Below are positions 39,780-50,000 of a stretch of DNA of 64,000 nucleotides, piece after piece. The notes under the pieces are model-generated. The model was not told the DNA's origin. It made no database searches and saw nothing but the letters and a program-made list of their open reading frames with translations. A program made the translations under genes and the position numbers. The first letter of the stretch is position 1; each line of letters starts with the position of its first letter. The DNA is from Gemmatimonadota bacterium (lineage in GTDB: Bacteria; Gemmatimonadota; Gemmatimonadetes; Gemmatimonadales; Gemmatimonadaceae): positions 29,774 through 93,773 of the forward strand of contig JAZJZK010000022.1 in assembly GCA_040389905.1 (NCBI GenBank). The letters are read 5' to 3'.

Positions 39780-41561
39780 ATGACATCATCTCGCAGACTC
39801 ACCGCCATCGGTCTCATTGCGGTGGCGGCCGCCGCGCCGTCGCACGCGCAGACGACGACGTTCCCCAAGAGCAATCCCACCATGGAACGCATCTGGCGCC
39901 TTGGCATGGACAGCTCGCACGTGCAACAGCTGTCTCAAGTGCTGTTCGATTCCATTGGTCCGCGCCTGACTGGTAGCCCTGGGCTCACTCGGGCGAGTGA
40001 CTGGGTCATCGGCCAGTACAAGGCGTGGGGCATCGAGGGGAAGCGCGAACAGTACGGAACATGGCGCGGCTGGCGCCGCGGGTACTCGCACATCGATCTC
40101 GAGCAGCCGCGCGTCCGCTCCCTCGCGGGGACGATGCTGGCGTGGAGCCCGGGAACCAACGGCAAGCCCGTGAAGGCAGAAGTCATTACCCTCCCGAAGT
40201 TTGCGGATAGCACAGAATTCGTGAAATGGCTGCCGAAAGCAAAGGGCAAGATCGTGATGCTCTCGCCGGCGTGGCCGACGTGCCGACCGTCGGAGGACTG
40301 GAATCGATTTGGGACAGCGGCCTCGATTGCGCGGATGGATAGCGCCATCGGCCGGATGCAGGCTGATTGGGCCGTGACGACCGGCGACAGCACGAAGCTC
40401 TATCGCGGCACGGGTTATAACCTTGCGCTCGGAACGGGGACGCTCGGCACACGCCTCGAGAAGGCGGGTGTCGTTGGGACGATCACTTCGCGCAACAAGC
40501 TCAGCGGCTTCAACAATCCGTTTGCGGCACCAGGTGGCGGTGGTGGTGGTCGCGGCGGACGTGGTGGCGGTGGCGGCAATCCACCTGGATCGGCCAGCGC
40601 GCGCGGTGGTGGCCCGGCCGCGAGCCTAGCACAGGGTGGCGGCGGTCGTGGTGGCGCGGGTGGAGCGCAGGGCGCCGGCGGATGGGGCACGATCGAAATC
40701 TTCGAGACGTACAACACCAAGGCTCCCGCGGTGACACTCGAGTGCGAGGACTATGGTCTCGTCTACCGCTTGGCGGAGAACAACCAGAAGCCGGTGGTGC
40801 GGCTGGATCTGGACGCATCGCTGCTTGGCGAAAAGCCGGCGTTCAACACCATCGGGATCATCAAAGGAACGGAGAAGCCCGATGAGTACGTGATGCTCTC
40901 CGCGCACTTCGACTCGTGGGATGGCTCTTCGGGCGCGACGGACAACGGAACGGGCACGATGATGGCGATGGAAGCAATGCGCATTCTGAAGCTCGCCTAC
41001 CCGAATCCGAAGCGCACGATCATGGTCGGTCACTGGGCAAGCGAGGAGCAAGGCCTCAACGGCTCCACGGCGTTCACAGAAGATCACCCGGAAGTGATGA
41101 AGGGCCTGCAAGCGCTCTTCAATCAGGACAATGGAACGGGGCGCGTACAGTCATTGGGTTCGTCCGGGCTCCCCGACATTGGGCGCCATCTCAAGCAGTG
41201 GTACAGTGCGCTGCCGAGCTTCTTTACGGATAGCATGAGCTCGAACGTGGTGTCGTGGTCGTTCGATGACCGGGCGCCCGGCAACCCAGGCGGCACGGAT
41301 GGCGCAGTCTTCACGTGCAAGGGCGCGCCGTCGTTCGGCATGGGCGCGGTAGGCTGGAACTACGGCACGTATACCTGGCACACGAACCGTGATACGTACG
41401 ACAAAGTCGTGATGGACGACCTGAAGCACAATGCGACGCTCGCCGCGATGATGATTTATCAGGCGTCTGAAGACCCGGAGTTCATCAAGCGCGATAAGTC
41501 AGCAGGTACTTGGCCGGCAAGTTGCGGTAATGCCCCACGCAAGACCAAGCCGCGCCTGTAG
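39780..41561 (+). CDS. Secreted M28-family aminopeptidase/carboxypeptidase (PA-domain type)
   Basis: DSIGPRLTGSP, SAHFDSW, GATDNGTG, SEEQGL, NQDNG, GGTD and WHTNRD motifs. Confidence 0.92.
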   Translation: MTSSRRLTAIGLIAVAAAAPSHAQTTTFPKSNPTMERIWRLGMDSSHVQQLSQVLFDSIGPRLTGSPGLTRASDWVIGQYKAWGIEGKREQYGTWRGWRRGYSHIDLEQPRVRSLAGTMLAWSPGTNGKPVKAEVITLPKFADSTEFVKWLPKAKGKIVMLSPAWPTCRPSEDWNRFGTAASIARMDSAIGRMQADWAVTTGDSTKLYRGTGYNLALGTGTLGTRLEKAGVVGTITSRNKLSGFNNPFAAPGGGGGGRGGRGGGGGNPPGSASARGGGPAASLAQGGGGRGGAGGAQGAGGWGTIEIFETYNTKAPAVTLECEDYGLVYRLAENNQKPVVRLDLDASLLGEKPAFNTIGIIKGTEKPDEYVMLSAHFDSWDGSSGATDNGTGTMMAMEAMRILKLAYPNPKRTIMVGHWASEEQGLNGSTAFTEDHPEVMKGLQALFNQDNGTGRVQSLGSSGLPDIGRHLKQWYSALPSFFTDSMSSNVVSWSFDDRAPGNPGGTDGAVFTCKGAPSFGMGAVGWNYGTYTWHTNRDTYDKVVMDDLKHNATLAAMMIYQASEDPEFIKRDKSAGTWPASCGNAPRKTKPRL

Positions 41562-41585
41562 AACGCGCCTGTCGCCCGCCGGTGG

Positions 41586-41756
41586 CTAATCGTCATCCGG
41601 CAGGCGCACGGCACCAAGCTTCGTCGTCCTCTTAGCATATGCCTTAGGCGCTCCCGCCCCATCGCGCGGAGCGCCTTTCTTTTTCGCGGCGGCCTTCTTC
41701 TTCCCGAACTGTGCGTTGGAGGACTTACGTCCGCGGCCTGCTTTACCTCCCTTCAT
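41586..41756 (-). CDS. Small basic Lys/Gly/Ala-rich protein (56 aa)
   Basis: GGAGG 5 nt before ATG 41756; MKGGKAGRGRKSSNAQFGKKKAAAKKKGAPR... Confidence 0.55.
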   Translation of the reverse strand: MKGGKAGRGRKSSNAQFGKKKAAAKKKGAPRDGAGAPKAYAKRTTKLGAVRLPDDD

Positions 41757-41790
41757 CACAGCCTCCGTAGACGGTTCCCGTTGGGGGACA

Positions 41791-41834
41791 GCAGGTGCAG
41801 ATCCCTCGACTCGCTTCGCTCGCTCGGGATGACA
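41791..41834. repeat. Single-arm family A REP-like copy
   Basis: GCAGGTGCAGATCCCTCGACTCGCTTCGCTCGCTCGGGATGACA. Confidence 0.8.
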
Positions 41835-41841
41835 TTCACCT

Positions 41842-42225
41842 TTACCATACCACGGGAACGCCGTAGCGCTCGAATTCGCCATCGCATGACACGAGCGAGA
41901 GCCGCTCAGCTGCGGCCGTTGCGATGAGCAACCGGTCAAAGGGATCGCGGTGATAGGGCGGAAGCGCGGCCACTGCGGCGACGTGCTTCAGGTGAATTGG
42001 GAGAAGCCGGAACCGGAGCGCGGCGAGGCCCTCGGTGAATAATGTTTCGATCGGCGCACCAAGATGCACGCGGCCGAGCCCATTCAAGATCGAGAGCTCC
42101 CACGCGCTCGTGAGGCTGACGTACACTTCCGATGCATCGGCGACCACCGAGCGCGCGCGGAGGGAGAGCTTCTCGGGTTGGGCGAGCGACCAAACGAACG
42201 CGTGGGTATCGAGCAGGAGTCTCAC
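41842..42225 (-). CDS. vapC: VapC-family PIN-domain toxin
   Basis: RLLLDTH, S..SAWE and HRDPFDRLLIA motifs; GTG overlaps the antitoxin stop. Confidence 0.92.
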   Translation of the reverse strand: MRLLLDTHAFVWSLAQPEKLSLRARSVVADASEVYVSLTSAWELSILNGLGRVHLGAPIETLFTEGLAALRFRLLPIHLKHVAAVAALPPYHRDPFDRLLIATAAAERLSLVSCDGEFERYGVPVVW

Positions 42226-42560
42226 GGCTTCCGGGAACGCCCCGGCTTGGCGCCCTTCTGCACGTTCTCCGCAACGCGCCGTGGTTGCGCGACCGGCGCG
42301 CTGGACAGTGGCGGGAGTTCGCCGCCGATACCCTCGAACGCGTCGAGCAGCCACGGCGGCGACTCGAGTGCGTCGTCGGACAACCAGATTTTGCCCGCGT
42401 AGAGGCCGAGTGGGCGAGATGTCGATTCCACGCCGTACGGTACGAGCTTGGCTACGGGTACTCCGTCTTTCGCGATCACGATTTCCTCCCCGTTTGCGAC
42501 GCGAACCAACAACTTCGAGAAGTTAGTCTTGGCGGCGTGCACGTTCATCATCTCTTTCAT
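42222..42560 (-). CDS. Phd/YefM-family antitoxin
   Basis: NVHAAKTNFSKLLVRV..GEEIVIAK.G.PVAKLVP. Confidence 0.92.
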   Translation of the reverse strand: MKEMMNVHAAKTNFSKLLVRVANGEEIVIAKDGVPVAKLVPYGVESTSRPLGLYAGKIWLSDDALESPPWLLDAFEGIGGELPPLSSAPVAQPRRVAENVQKGAKPGRSRKP

Positions 42561-42596
42561 GCGGCCTCGTATCAAAAGAGCGCAGTGTTTCGCGCT

Positions 42597-42628
42597 TAGT
42601 CTATCAGTTAGTCTATATGCTAGTCTAT
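42597..42628 (-). promoter_or_regulatory. Candidate TA operator: three TAGTCTAT direct repeats with 12-bp period
   Basis: Exact copies at 42597, 42609 and 42621, just upstream of the antitoxin. Confidence 0.6.
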
Positions 42629-42665
42629 TGGTTGCTGGGGGGCAAGGACGCCCAGGCTCGAGTGC

Positions 42666-42697
42666 AAAAAAAAGCCGCCCGCCTAGCGGCGGACGGC
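42666..42697 (-). terminator. Intrinsic terminator of the M1 peptidase gene
   Basis: GC-rich stem (GCCGCCCGCC/GGCGGACGGC) followed by T8 on the minus strand. Confidence 0.8.
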
Positions 42698-42724
42698 CTC
42701 TTCCGGTGCATCAGATCGCCGAGC

Positions 42725-44785
42725 CTAGCGCACGCAGGCGCTCGCGACGCCACGGGCACCTTGCGCTGGCTGCGCGACAACCTCCGCTTTCGGCCACGCG
42801 TTGTCCGCAGGCTCTCGATCCGGGAAGCGACAGCCGGGATCGAGTACCACGCGCTCGATCTTGCGCGCGCCGAAGTTAAGATCGGCCTTGAAGGTGCGGC
42901 TGCCCGCGAACCAGACATCCACCGGCCAGGTCACCAGCGCCGTCACACTGTCGACCATCGTTGCGTTTGGCATCTTCTTGATCGCCGGACCTTTCGCCGC
43001 GAACTGGACTTTCAACACGACAGGCGAGGGCATCTGCCCGTCTTGCCGAACCGTGACAGTGGTCTTGCCGCCAGCCGTCGCAACGCTCTGGATCGAACCG
43101 TCCACGCTTTCCGTGGTGAAGAGCCAGTAGTACCAGAACCAACCCAGATCTTTCTTGAGCGCGTTGTTCATGAAGAACATGTAGTCCCACGGGGACGGAT
43201 GCTTGAAGAGCCACGTCTTGCCCCAGTCGCTGTGCGCGCGTTGCACCGCGGAATCGCCCACGATGCCGCCCAGCATCGAGAGCATAAGGGGCGTCTTGGA
43301 GTACGTGGTGAATCCGTAGCGCGACGGGCCATCATAATTCGCATTCCACATCATCGGCGGCTCGGCCTCATCGCCGCTCACGGAGCCATAGGATTGGCCC
43401 AGACGGTCGAGTACGGGCTGTGTCTTGTTGCGGTCCGCGGCGGACAAGATGTTCATGTACTGGTTGAACCCTTCGTCCATCCATCCATACCACGTCTCGT
43501 TGTTGCTGACGGCCATGGGCCACCACTGGTGGCCGGTCTCATGATCGGCCGCGCCCTGGTTGGAGTTGATGACCATGGGGTACTCCATTCCAGCGCTTGG
43601 TCCGTCCTGAAGCGTCAGCTGCGGGAACTGATACGGGAACCAGAGCTTGGAGTAGAACTCCAACGCGTGCTTCGCGAGAGGACCGGCGTTGGTGAACGAC
43701 GGCGCGTTGCCCGGCAGGAAGTACATATAGACCGGCACAGCGCCCTTCTCAGGAATGTTCGCGCGCGTTGCGGTCCAGTTGAACTTCTTCGCCGTGGCCC
43801 ACGCGAAGTCGTTGACGGTATCTGCGACGAAGTGCCACACGAGGCGGTCGCCCGCTGCGGTCGCCTTCCCAGCTCCGACCTCATCGCTCCCCACAATCGT
43901 GCGCACTTCATCCGACTCGAGCACGTGTGAGAGTCGCTCACGCGCCGTAGCGGTCAATACCTCTTGTGGATTCTGAAGCACGCCCGTACCGCTGACGATC
44001 CAGCCGGCCGGTGCGTCGATGCTCACGTCGAACCTGCCGAAGTTGTTGTAGAACTCGGACGGACCGACGTACAGTTCCGGGTCCCAGCCGCGGAGGTCGT
44101 CATAGACGGCGACGCGGGGATACCACTGCGTGGGCTGGTAGAGCGTATCAGCCCAGCGCTGTGTCATGCGATGGTTCTGTCCCGGCCCGCCCGGGACCTT
44201 GTGGCTCCACTCGATCTCGAGCGACGCTCGCCCCTTGGCGGGGATGGCGCTGAGGAGAGCGATCGTGGCGCGCGTTGAGTTGAGTCCGGTCATGCGGTTC
44301 TCCGTCGGCGCGGCTGGAGCACCACCACCACGGCCACCGCCGCGGCCGCCTGCGGGCGGATTGAGATTCACCGGCTGCCCGTTCACCGTCACGCGAGTGA
44401 TGGCGAATCCGTCGGTCGGTTCCGCGGGCACCCACGGCGCCGCATGCGGGCTCTGGAACAGGAAGAGATTCTGATCGAGCCGCATCACGATGCTGCTCAA
44501 CGAATCGCTCGTGTTGTTCTGGACGACGATCGTCTCACGCCCGGTGATGCGTGACGTCGAGGGGTCGATGCGCGCGTTGATGGTGTAGTCGGTGCGCAGT
44601 TGCGCGTAGTTGCGTCCGGGACGTCCGGTCGAGTCGCGCGTACCCCCGGCGAACGCCTTGCGAATCGCGTTCGTCATGGGGATGTCGCGGCGGACGGCGC
44701 GTTCGGGAAGTTTGGTCGCCTGTGCGGAGATGGTCGAACCGGCGAGCGACAGTAAGGCCAGAGAAAGGGTCGAACGAACGAACAT
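42725..44785 (-). CDS. Secreted M1-family zinc metallopeptidase
   Basis: AGGAG RBS before ATG 44785, signal peptide, and QWYPR, AGMEYPM, HETGHQWW, WMDEGF and YSK motifs. Confidence 0.9.
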   Translation of the reverse strand: MFVRSTLSLALLSLAGSTISAQATKLPERAVRRDIPMTNAIRKAFAGGTRDSTGRPGRNYAQLRTDYTINARIDPSTSRITGRETIVVQNNTSDSLSSIVMRLDQNLFLFQSPHAAPWVPAEPTDGFAITRVTVNGQPVNLNPPAGGRGGGRGGGAPAAPTENRMTGLNSTRATIALLSAIPAKGRASLEIEWSHKVPGGPGQNHRMTQRWADTLYQPTQWYPRVAVYDDLRGWDPELYVGPSEFYNNFGRFDVSIDAPAGWIVSGTGVLQNPQEVLTATARERLSHVLESDEVRTIVGSDEVGAGKATAAGDRLVWHFVADTVNDFAWATAKKFNWTATRANIPEKGAVPVYMYFLPGNAPSFTNAGPLAKHALEFYSKLWFPYQFPQLTLQDGPSAGMEYPMVINSNQGAADHETGHQWWPMAVSNNETWYGWMDEGFNQYMNILSAADRNKTQPVLDRLGQSYGSVSGDEAEPPMMWNANYDGPSRYGFTTYSKTPLMLSMLGGIVGDSAVQRAHSDWGKTWLFKHPSPWDYMFFMNNALKKDLGWFWYYWLFTTESVDGSIQSVATAGGKTTVTVRQDGQMPSPVVLKVQFAAKGPAIKKMPNATMVDSVTALVTWPVDVWFAGSRTFKADLNFGARKIERVVLDPGCRFPDREPADNAWPKAEVVAQPAQGARGVASACVR

Positions 44786-44969
44786 GGAGGCTCCTATGGG
44801 GTCGCCGAAAACGTATCGCGCAGACAATGACGGCGCGACGGCGTTGAAGAGAAAGGTGCGGGTTGGCCGGATCATCACGGAGACGGCCGGATCTTCACGC
44901 TTGACCAGTGCAGTTTCCGTCGCATCCGTGAAATCCGCTCCTCAAGCGATTGATTACAACACGATCTGT

Positions 44970-44998
44970 TTGACTAGTCTGACCAGACTCTGTATCAT
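44970..44998 (+). promoter_or_regulatory. Sigma70-type promoter with embedded palindromic operator for the second TA pair
   Basis: TTGACT (44970-75), 17-nt spacer, TATCAT (44993-98); AGTCTG-AC-CAGACT palindrome at 44976-44989; ATG 5 nt after the -10. Confidence 0.7.
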
Positions 44999-45003
44999 TT
45001 ATC

Positions 45004-45291
45004 ATGAGCGATGAATACTCACTATACGATGCGAAGGCGAACTTCTCGAAGATCGTGCGTCAGGTCCGCGAGGGTGGACCATCGGTCGTCGTCACGGTAC
45101 ACGGCGAACCGGCAGTCGAGATCCGCGCGTATAAGCCCCTGCCGACTGAAATCGAGGCTCGCTGGGCTGAGATGACAGCGCGCGGAATCCTTTCTACTGC
45201 GAAACGCAGTCCGAAAGACCTCGTATACGAACCAGGCCCTTCGCGGCCAGGCGGTCTCCAACGATTTCTAGACGAGCGGGACCAAGATTGA
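45004..45291 (+). CDS. Phd/YefM-family antitoxin
   Basis: YSLYDAKANFSKIVRQV..G..VVVTVHGEPAVEI. Confidence 0.88.
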   Translation: MSDEYSLYDAKANFSKIVRQVREGGPSVVVTVHGEPAVEIRAYKPLPTEIEARWAEMTARGILSTAKRSPKDLVYEPGPSRPGGLQRFLDERDQD

Positions 45292-45671
45292 CCGCTCGCG
45301 CGTATGTCGACTCGTCGTGCATCGTTGCCGTTGCCCTGCGGGAGCTCACCGCTAAAGACGTGATCCAGCAACTGCGCGAATTTGCGGAGTTAAGCTCCAA
45401 CCCGTTGCTCGACGCGGAAGTACGCGCGGCCTGCGCACGCGAACACGTTCCCCTTCCAGCGGCGACGCTCGAGACAATTAAATGGACCCAGATGACGCGC
45501 CCGCTTTCCTCGGAGATCGATCGGGTCCTCTCAGCCGGATATTTGCGCGGTGCGGATTGCCTTCACGTCGCTACCGCCCTCTATCTGTCGCCTGATCCTG
45601 AACAGCTGACATTCATGACGCTCGACCTTCGGCAACGGGCAGTCGCAGACACGCTCGGCTTCAAGACCTGA
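45288..45671 (+). CDS. vapC: VapC-family PIN-domain toxin
   Basis: YVDSS and LRGADCLHVATA...TLDLRQ...A..LGF; start overlaps the antitoxin stop. Confidence 0.88.
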   Translation: MTARAYVDSSCIVAVALRELTAKDVIQQLREFAELSSNPLLDAEVRAACAREHVPLPAATLETIKWTQMTRPLSSEIDRVLSAGYLRGADCLHVATALYLSPDPEQLTFMTLDLRQRAVADTLGFKT

Positions 45672-45678
45672 CCGTTCT

Positions 45679-46944
45679 TCACGTCAGCTCTCGCCCCTTC
45701 GTCTCGGGTATTCCGAGCCATCCGACCGCGCCAAGCAGATACGCGGCGCCCGCCAGCAGGAACGCGACTCCGAAGCCGTGTGACGTGGCAAGTTTCCCCA
45801 CCGTGAACGGCGCCATCGCGCTCGCCACTCGGCCGAGATTGTACGTGAACCCCTGCGCGGACGCTCGAATCGCCGTTGGGTAGATCTCGGCGGTCACCGC
45901 ACCAAATCCGCTAAAGAAGCCCGTGCCGAAGAACGCGACGAATGGCCCGAGGATGACAAGAATCCATGGATTCTTCATCACGCCATACAGCGGCAACAGA
46001 ATGCTCGCCATGATCAGATACGCGACGTACACGCGCTTCCTGCCGATTGCATCGGTGATGTAGCCAAACGACACGTAGCCGAGCCACATGCCAACCTGCA
46101 TGGCGACGACGAGCCACGACATCATCTCGGTGCTCAACCCCACGCCGCCCTGCGACGGTGCAAGCGAGAGATAGGCGGGAATCCACCCATTCAGCCCCCA
46201 CCAGCCGAAGAGGCAGCAGGCATTCATGAAGGTGACTGCCGCGGTGAGTCGCAGCATCTTCCCCTTGAACATGTCCGAGTAGCGGCTCGCACCGGCCGCT
46301 GCCGCAGTCGTGCCGCCGGCCAACTTCGCCCGCCGGTGCTCGAGCCACACTTCCGGCTCTTCGACGTTCCGCCGCACCCAGAGGATGAAGAAGGCGGGCA
46401 GAATCCCGATGAAGAACACGGTGCGCCACCCCCAGCGCGGAAGCACGAAACCGACCACCATGGCGGCCGCGGCGAAGCCGATCGCCCAGGAGCTCTGCAT
46501 GAATCCGAGCGCACGACCCCGATGCTTCGCGGGCCACGTCTCAGAGACGAGCGCTGCGCCACTCGCCCACTCGCCCCCCATCCCGAGTCCGAGCAGCGCG
46601 CGGAAGATGGCAAACTGCCACAGTGTCTGTGACAATCCGCACGCGGCGGTGAAGACCGAGTAGATCAACACGCTCGCCATCAGGGCGCGCGTTCGTCCGA
46701 ATCGGTCGGCGATGTACCCGAACGCGAGCCCGCCCGCCGCGCCGCCGAGCAGGGTGATCGAACCGAGCGCGCCAGCCTGTGTCTTGGTGAGGCCGAGTTC
46801 CTTGATCACGGTGGCGAGCGTGAGCGAGAACAACATCACGTCGAAAGCGTCCAGCGCCCAGCCCAACGCGGCAGCGATGAGCGCACGTCTCGATCGTTTG
46901 TCGGCAACGCGCCACCAGCCGAAGAGTCCTGCGTCTGATTCCAG
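45679..46944 (-). CDS. MFS transporter (SHS/aromatic-acid-like)
   Basis: GWALDAFD, GYIADRFGR, GLGMGGEW, ETWP...RG and EIYPT.IR motifs. The frame is open upstream of TTG 46866; start proposed at CTG 46944, behind GGAGG. Confidence 0.88.
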   Translation of the reverse strand: MESDAGLFGWWRVADKRSRRALIAAALGWALDAFDVMLFSLTLATVIKELGLTKTQAGALGSITLLGGAAGGLAFGYIADRFGRTRALMASVLIYSVFTAACGLSQTLWQFAIFRALLGLGMGGEWASGAALVSETWPAKHRGRALGFMQSSWAIGFAAAAMVVGFVLPRWGWRTVFFIGILPAFFILWVRRNVEEPEVWLEHRRAKLAGGTTAAAAGASRYSDMFKGKMLRLTAAVTFMNACCLFGWWGLNGWIPAYLSLAPSQGGVGLSTEMMSWLVVAMQVGMWLGYVSFGYITDAIGRKRVYVAYLIMASILLPLYGVMKNPWILVILGPFVAFFGTGFFSGFGAVTAEIYPTAIRASAQGFTYNLGRVASAMAPFTVGKLATSHGFGVAFLLAGAAYLLGAVGWLGIPETKGRELT

Positions 46945-47054
46945 CTCGTCCTCCCGAAAGGGTCGCGCAATATGAGGACGCGTCGCCTTGCCAGCGAGCC
47001 CGGCGATTCGTAAATCAGGGCGAGCAGAATCCTTCCCCGGACGCAGAGCCCTAT

Positions 47055-50000
47055 ATGTCGCGCTCCCTCCGCCTCAGTTGCGCAGCCGCCGTTCTCGCCC
47101 TTGCAGCCGGCCGCCCCGTCATCGCCCAAACGCCGGAGCCCATCAAGTTCGCCCGACTGCCTGGCGTGGCAAACGATGGCCGCGTGGCCTTCACGTATCA
47201 GGACGACATCTGGGTCGTCGACGCCGACGGCAGCAATCCCCGACGGATCACATCGCATCTCGCGCGCGATTTTTCACCGCGCTTTTCGCCTGACGGCAAG
47301 TGGATCGCCTTCACGAGCGCGCGCAACGGCAATAACGATGTCTACGTCGTGTCGTCGAGCGGAGGGGAGCCGAGGCAACTGACGTGGTTCGGCGGCAATG
47401 ACGACGCCCTCTATTGGACGCCGGACGGCAAAGGCATCGTCATGGCCAGTGCCCGCGGCGCCGGCGCGTGGGGCTCCCCGCTCTACGTACAGGCAGTTGA
47501 TGGGGGGATCGCGAAGCCACTCGGCATGGGGATCGCGCGCGCGGGCATGATCAGCCAGGATGGCGCGAACATCGCCTTCAATCGCAACCTGCCGTCGGCG
47601 TGGCGCAAGGAGTATCGCGGCAATGCCGCTGCGACGATCGCCGTGATGAACGTGAAGAGTGGCGAGATCACCGAGGTGACGAACACCGACATCAAGCAGT
47701 TCAAGACGATGTCGAACAACGTCTTCCCCATGTGGGGCGCCGATGGAATGATCTATTTCGCCACGGAACGCGACGGACCGTACAACCTCTGGCGCATGCC
47801 GGCCAAGGGTGGCGCGCCGCAGCAGGTGACGAATCACCGTGAAGGTGGCGTGTTCTTCCCGTCCATCTCCCCTGATGGAAAGCACATCGTCTATCAGAAC
47901 GACTTCGATCTCTACACGATCGACGTGCCGAGCGGAAAGCCGAAAAAGCTGACGATCGCCATGTCGTTCGACCCGAAGGACAACGATATCTCCATCCTCG
48001 CGGTGCAGAACCGCGCCGAAGGATTCAGCATTTCCCCCACAGGCGATTACATGGCCGTCGACTATCATGGCGAGATCATGATTGTGCCGACGGAATCGGG
48101 CGTTGGCGAGAAAACGCAGGTCACGAACTCGGCGTGGCGAGATCAGGCCGAGGAGTATTCTCCCGACGGGAGGAAGATCGCGTACATCTCGGATGAATCG
48201 GGCGATCAGGAGGTGTGGGTCTACGACATTGCGAGCGCGACGCGCAAGAAGTTGTCGAAGTATCCGTCCGAGAAGGGCGGCATCACGTGGGCGCCGAATT
48301 CGCAGAAACTCGCGTACACCGCCGATAACAGAATCTTCGAAGTGGATGTCGCATCGGGTGCGCCGCGCGAACTCGCACACAATGAGGCCGGCGGATTCGT
48401 CGTTGATCAATACTCCGCCGATGGCAACTGGCTTCTGTATAGCAGGAGCGACGACGAACAGAACGCAGACGTGTACCTGTATGACATCCGCGCGAAGAAG
48501 GCGATCAACGTGACACAGAGTCCGTGGACGGAACGCGCCGCCGCCCTCACGCCTGACGGAAAGACCGTCGTCTTCACGTCCAATCGGGATGGCACGTCCA
48601 CGCAACTGTATGCCGTCGCACTCACGAAGATCGCCGAAGATCCCAACGATCCACTGGTGCGTGAACGCATTCGTCGCACCACGGTTGCTGGAGGGCGCGG
48701 CGGCCGCGCTGGCGGGGCTCCCGCCGAGGATGCGGCGCCTTCCGTGGACGGCGCCAGCATTCGCGTGGACGCCGAGGGAATTGAACGTCGCGCCGTAGCA
48801 CTGACGAGCGGTGGAACGAGCGTGGGAAGCTTTTTCCTTTCGCGCGACGGGCGGACGGTGTTCTTCTCGATCGGAGGCGGAGGTGGAGGCCGTGGCGGTG
48901 GCAGGGGCGCAGCGCCGGGCGGAGCAGACAACTCGCAGAATGGACTCTACTCGGTCGGGATCGATGGACGTGATCGCCGTCGTGTGGCCGCCGGCACCTT
49001 CGCAGGCATGCAGCCGACCGCAGACCGCCGTTTCATCTACTTCCGCGGACAAACGGCGAATGCTGGAGGCGGCGGCGGCCGCGGCGGTGGAGCGCCCGCC
49101 GAGGTTGGCTTCCCGATCGAGCGGCTGGCGATTGGCGCTGGTGGCGGTGGTGCCGCCGCTGCGAGCGGTGGCGCGGGTGGTGGCCGCGCCGGTGGTGCGG
49201 GCGACGCCGTGTCATTCGCCTTCAACGTGAAGGTCGATCGGCGCAAGGAGTGGCAGCAGATCTTCGACGAATCGTATCGCGTGATGAAATACCGCTACTA
49301 CGACCCGAAGATGCATGGGAAGGATTGGACGGCGATCAAGGCGAAGTACGAGCCCCTCCTCAAGTACGCCGGAACGAATGAGGATGTCTACGACATCGCC
49401 AACGCGGCGATCGGCGAACTGAGTTCGTCACACACAGGAGTGACCGGCCCGCCATCCACCTCGCTCGACCGAACGTATACAACGAAGTATCTCGGATTCG
49501 AACTCGAGCCGAGCGGCGCGCAGTATCGCGTGTCGCACGTGTATCGCGACGGGCCGGCGGACAAGGACTGGATCGACATCAAGAAGGGCGACTACGTGCT
49601 AGCCGTCGACGGACAGGACATCAAGGCTGGGGACGACTACTGGAAAATTCTCAGCAGCACGGAAAACGACTACGTCCCCGTCAAAGTCTCGCGATCGGCG
49701 GATGGTGCGAACGCGAAAACGTTCCGCATCGCGACCGCGGCGAATCTCACGAACATCAAATACGAGGAGTGGGTCGCGAACAATCGCGATTCGGTGGACA
49801 AGGCGACGGATGGGCAGATCGCGTACGTGCACATCCGGGCCATGGATCAGCCATCGCTCGATCGCTTCAAGAACGAGATCGACCGCTTCTGGCAGAAGAA
49901 GGGGATCATCGTCGACATCCGGAACAATGGCGGTGGCAACATCGACCAGGAGCTCCTCGATATTCTCGAGCGGCAGCCGTATCAGTTCTGGAACAGCCGG

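Noticed and set aside
3050..41834. Family A repeats as a CRISPR array or integron attC sites
   Set aside because: Copies are dispersed, not regularly spaced with unique spacers; there are no cas or intI genes and no clear attC core sites.
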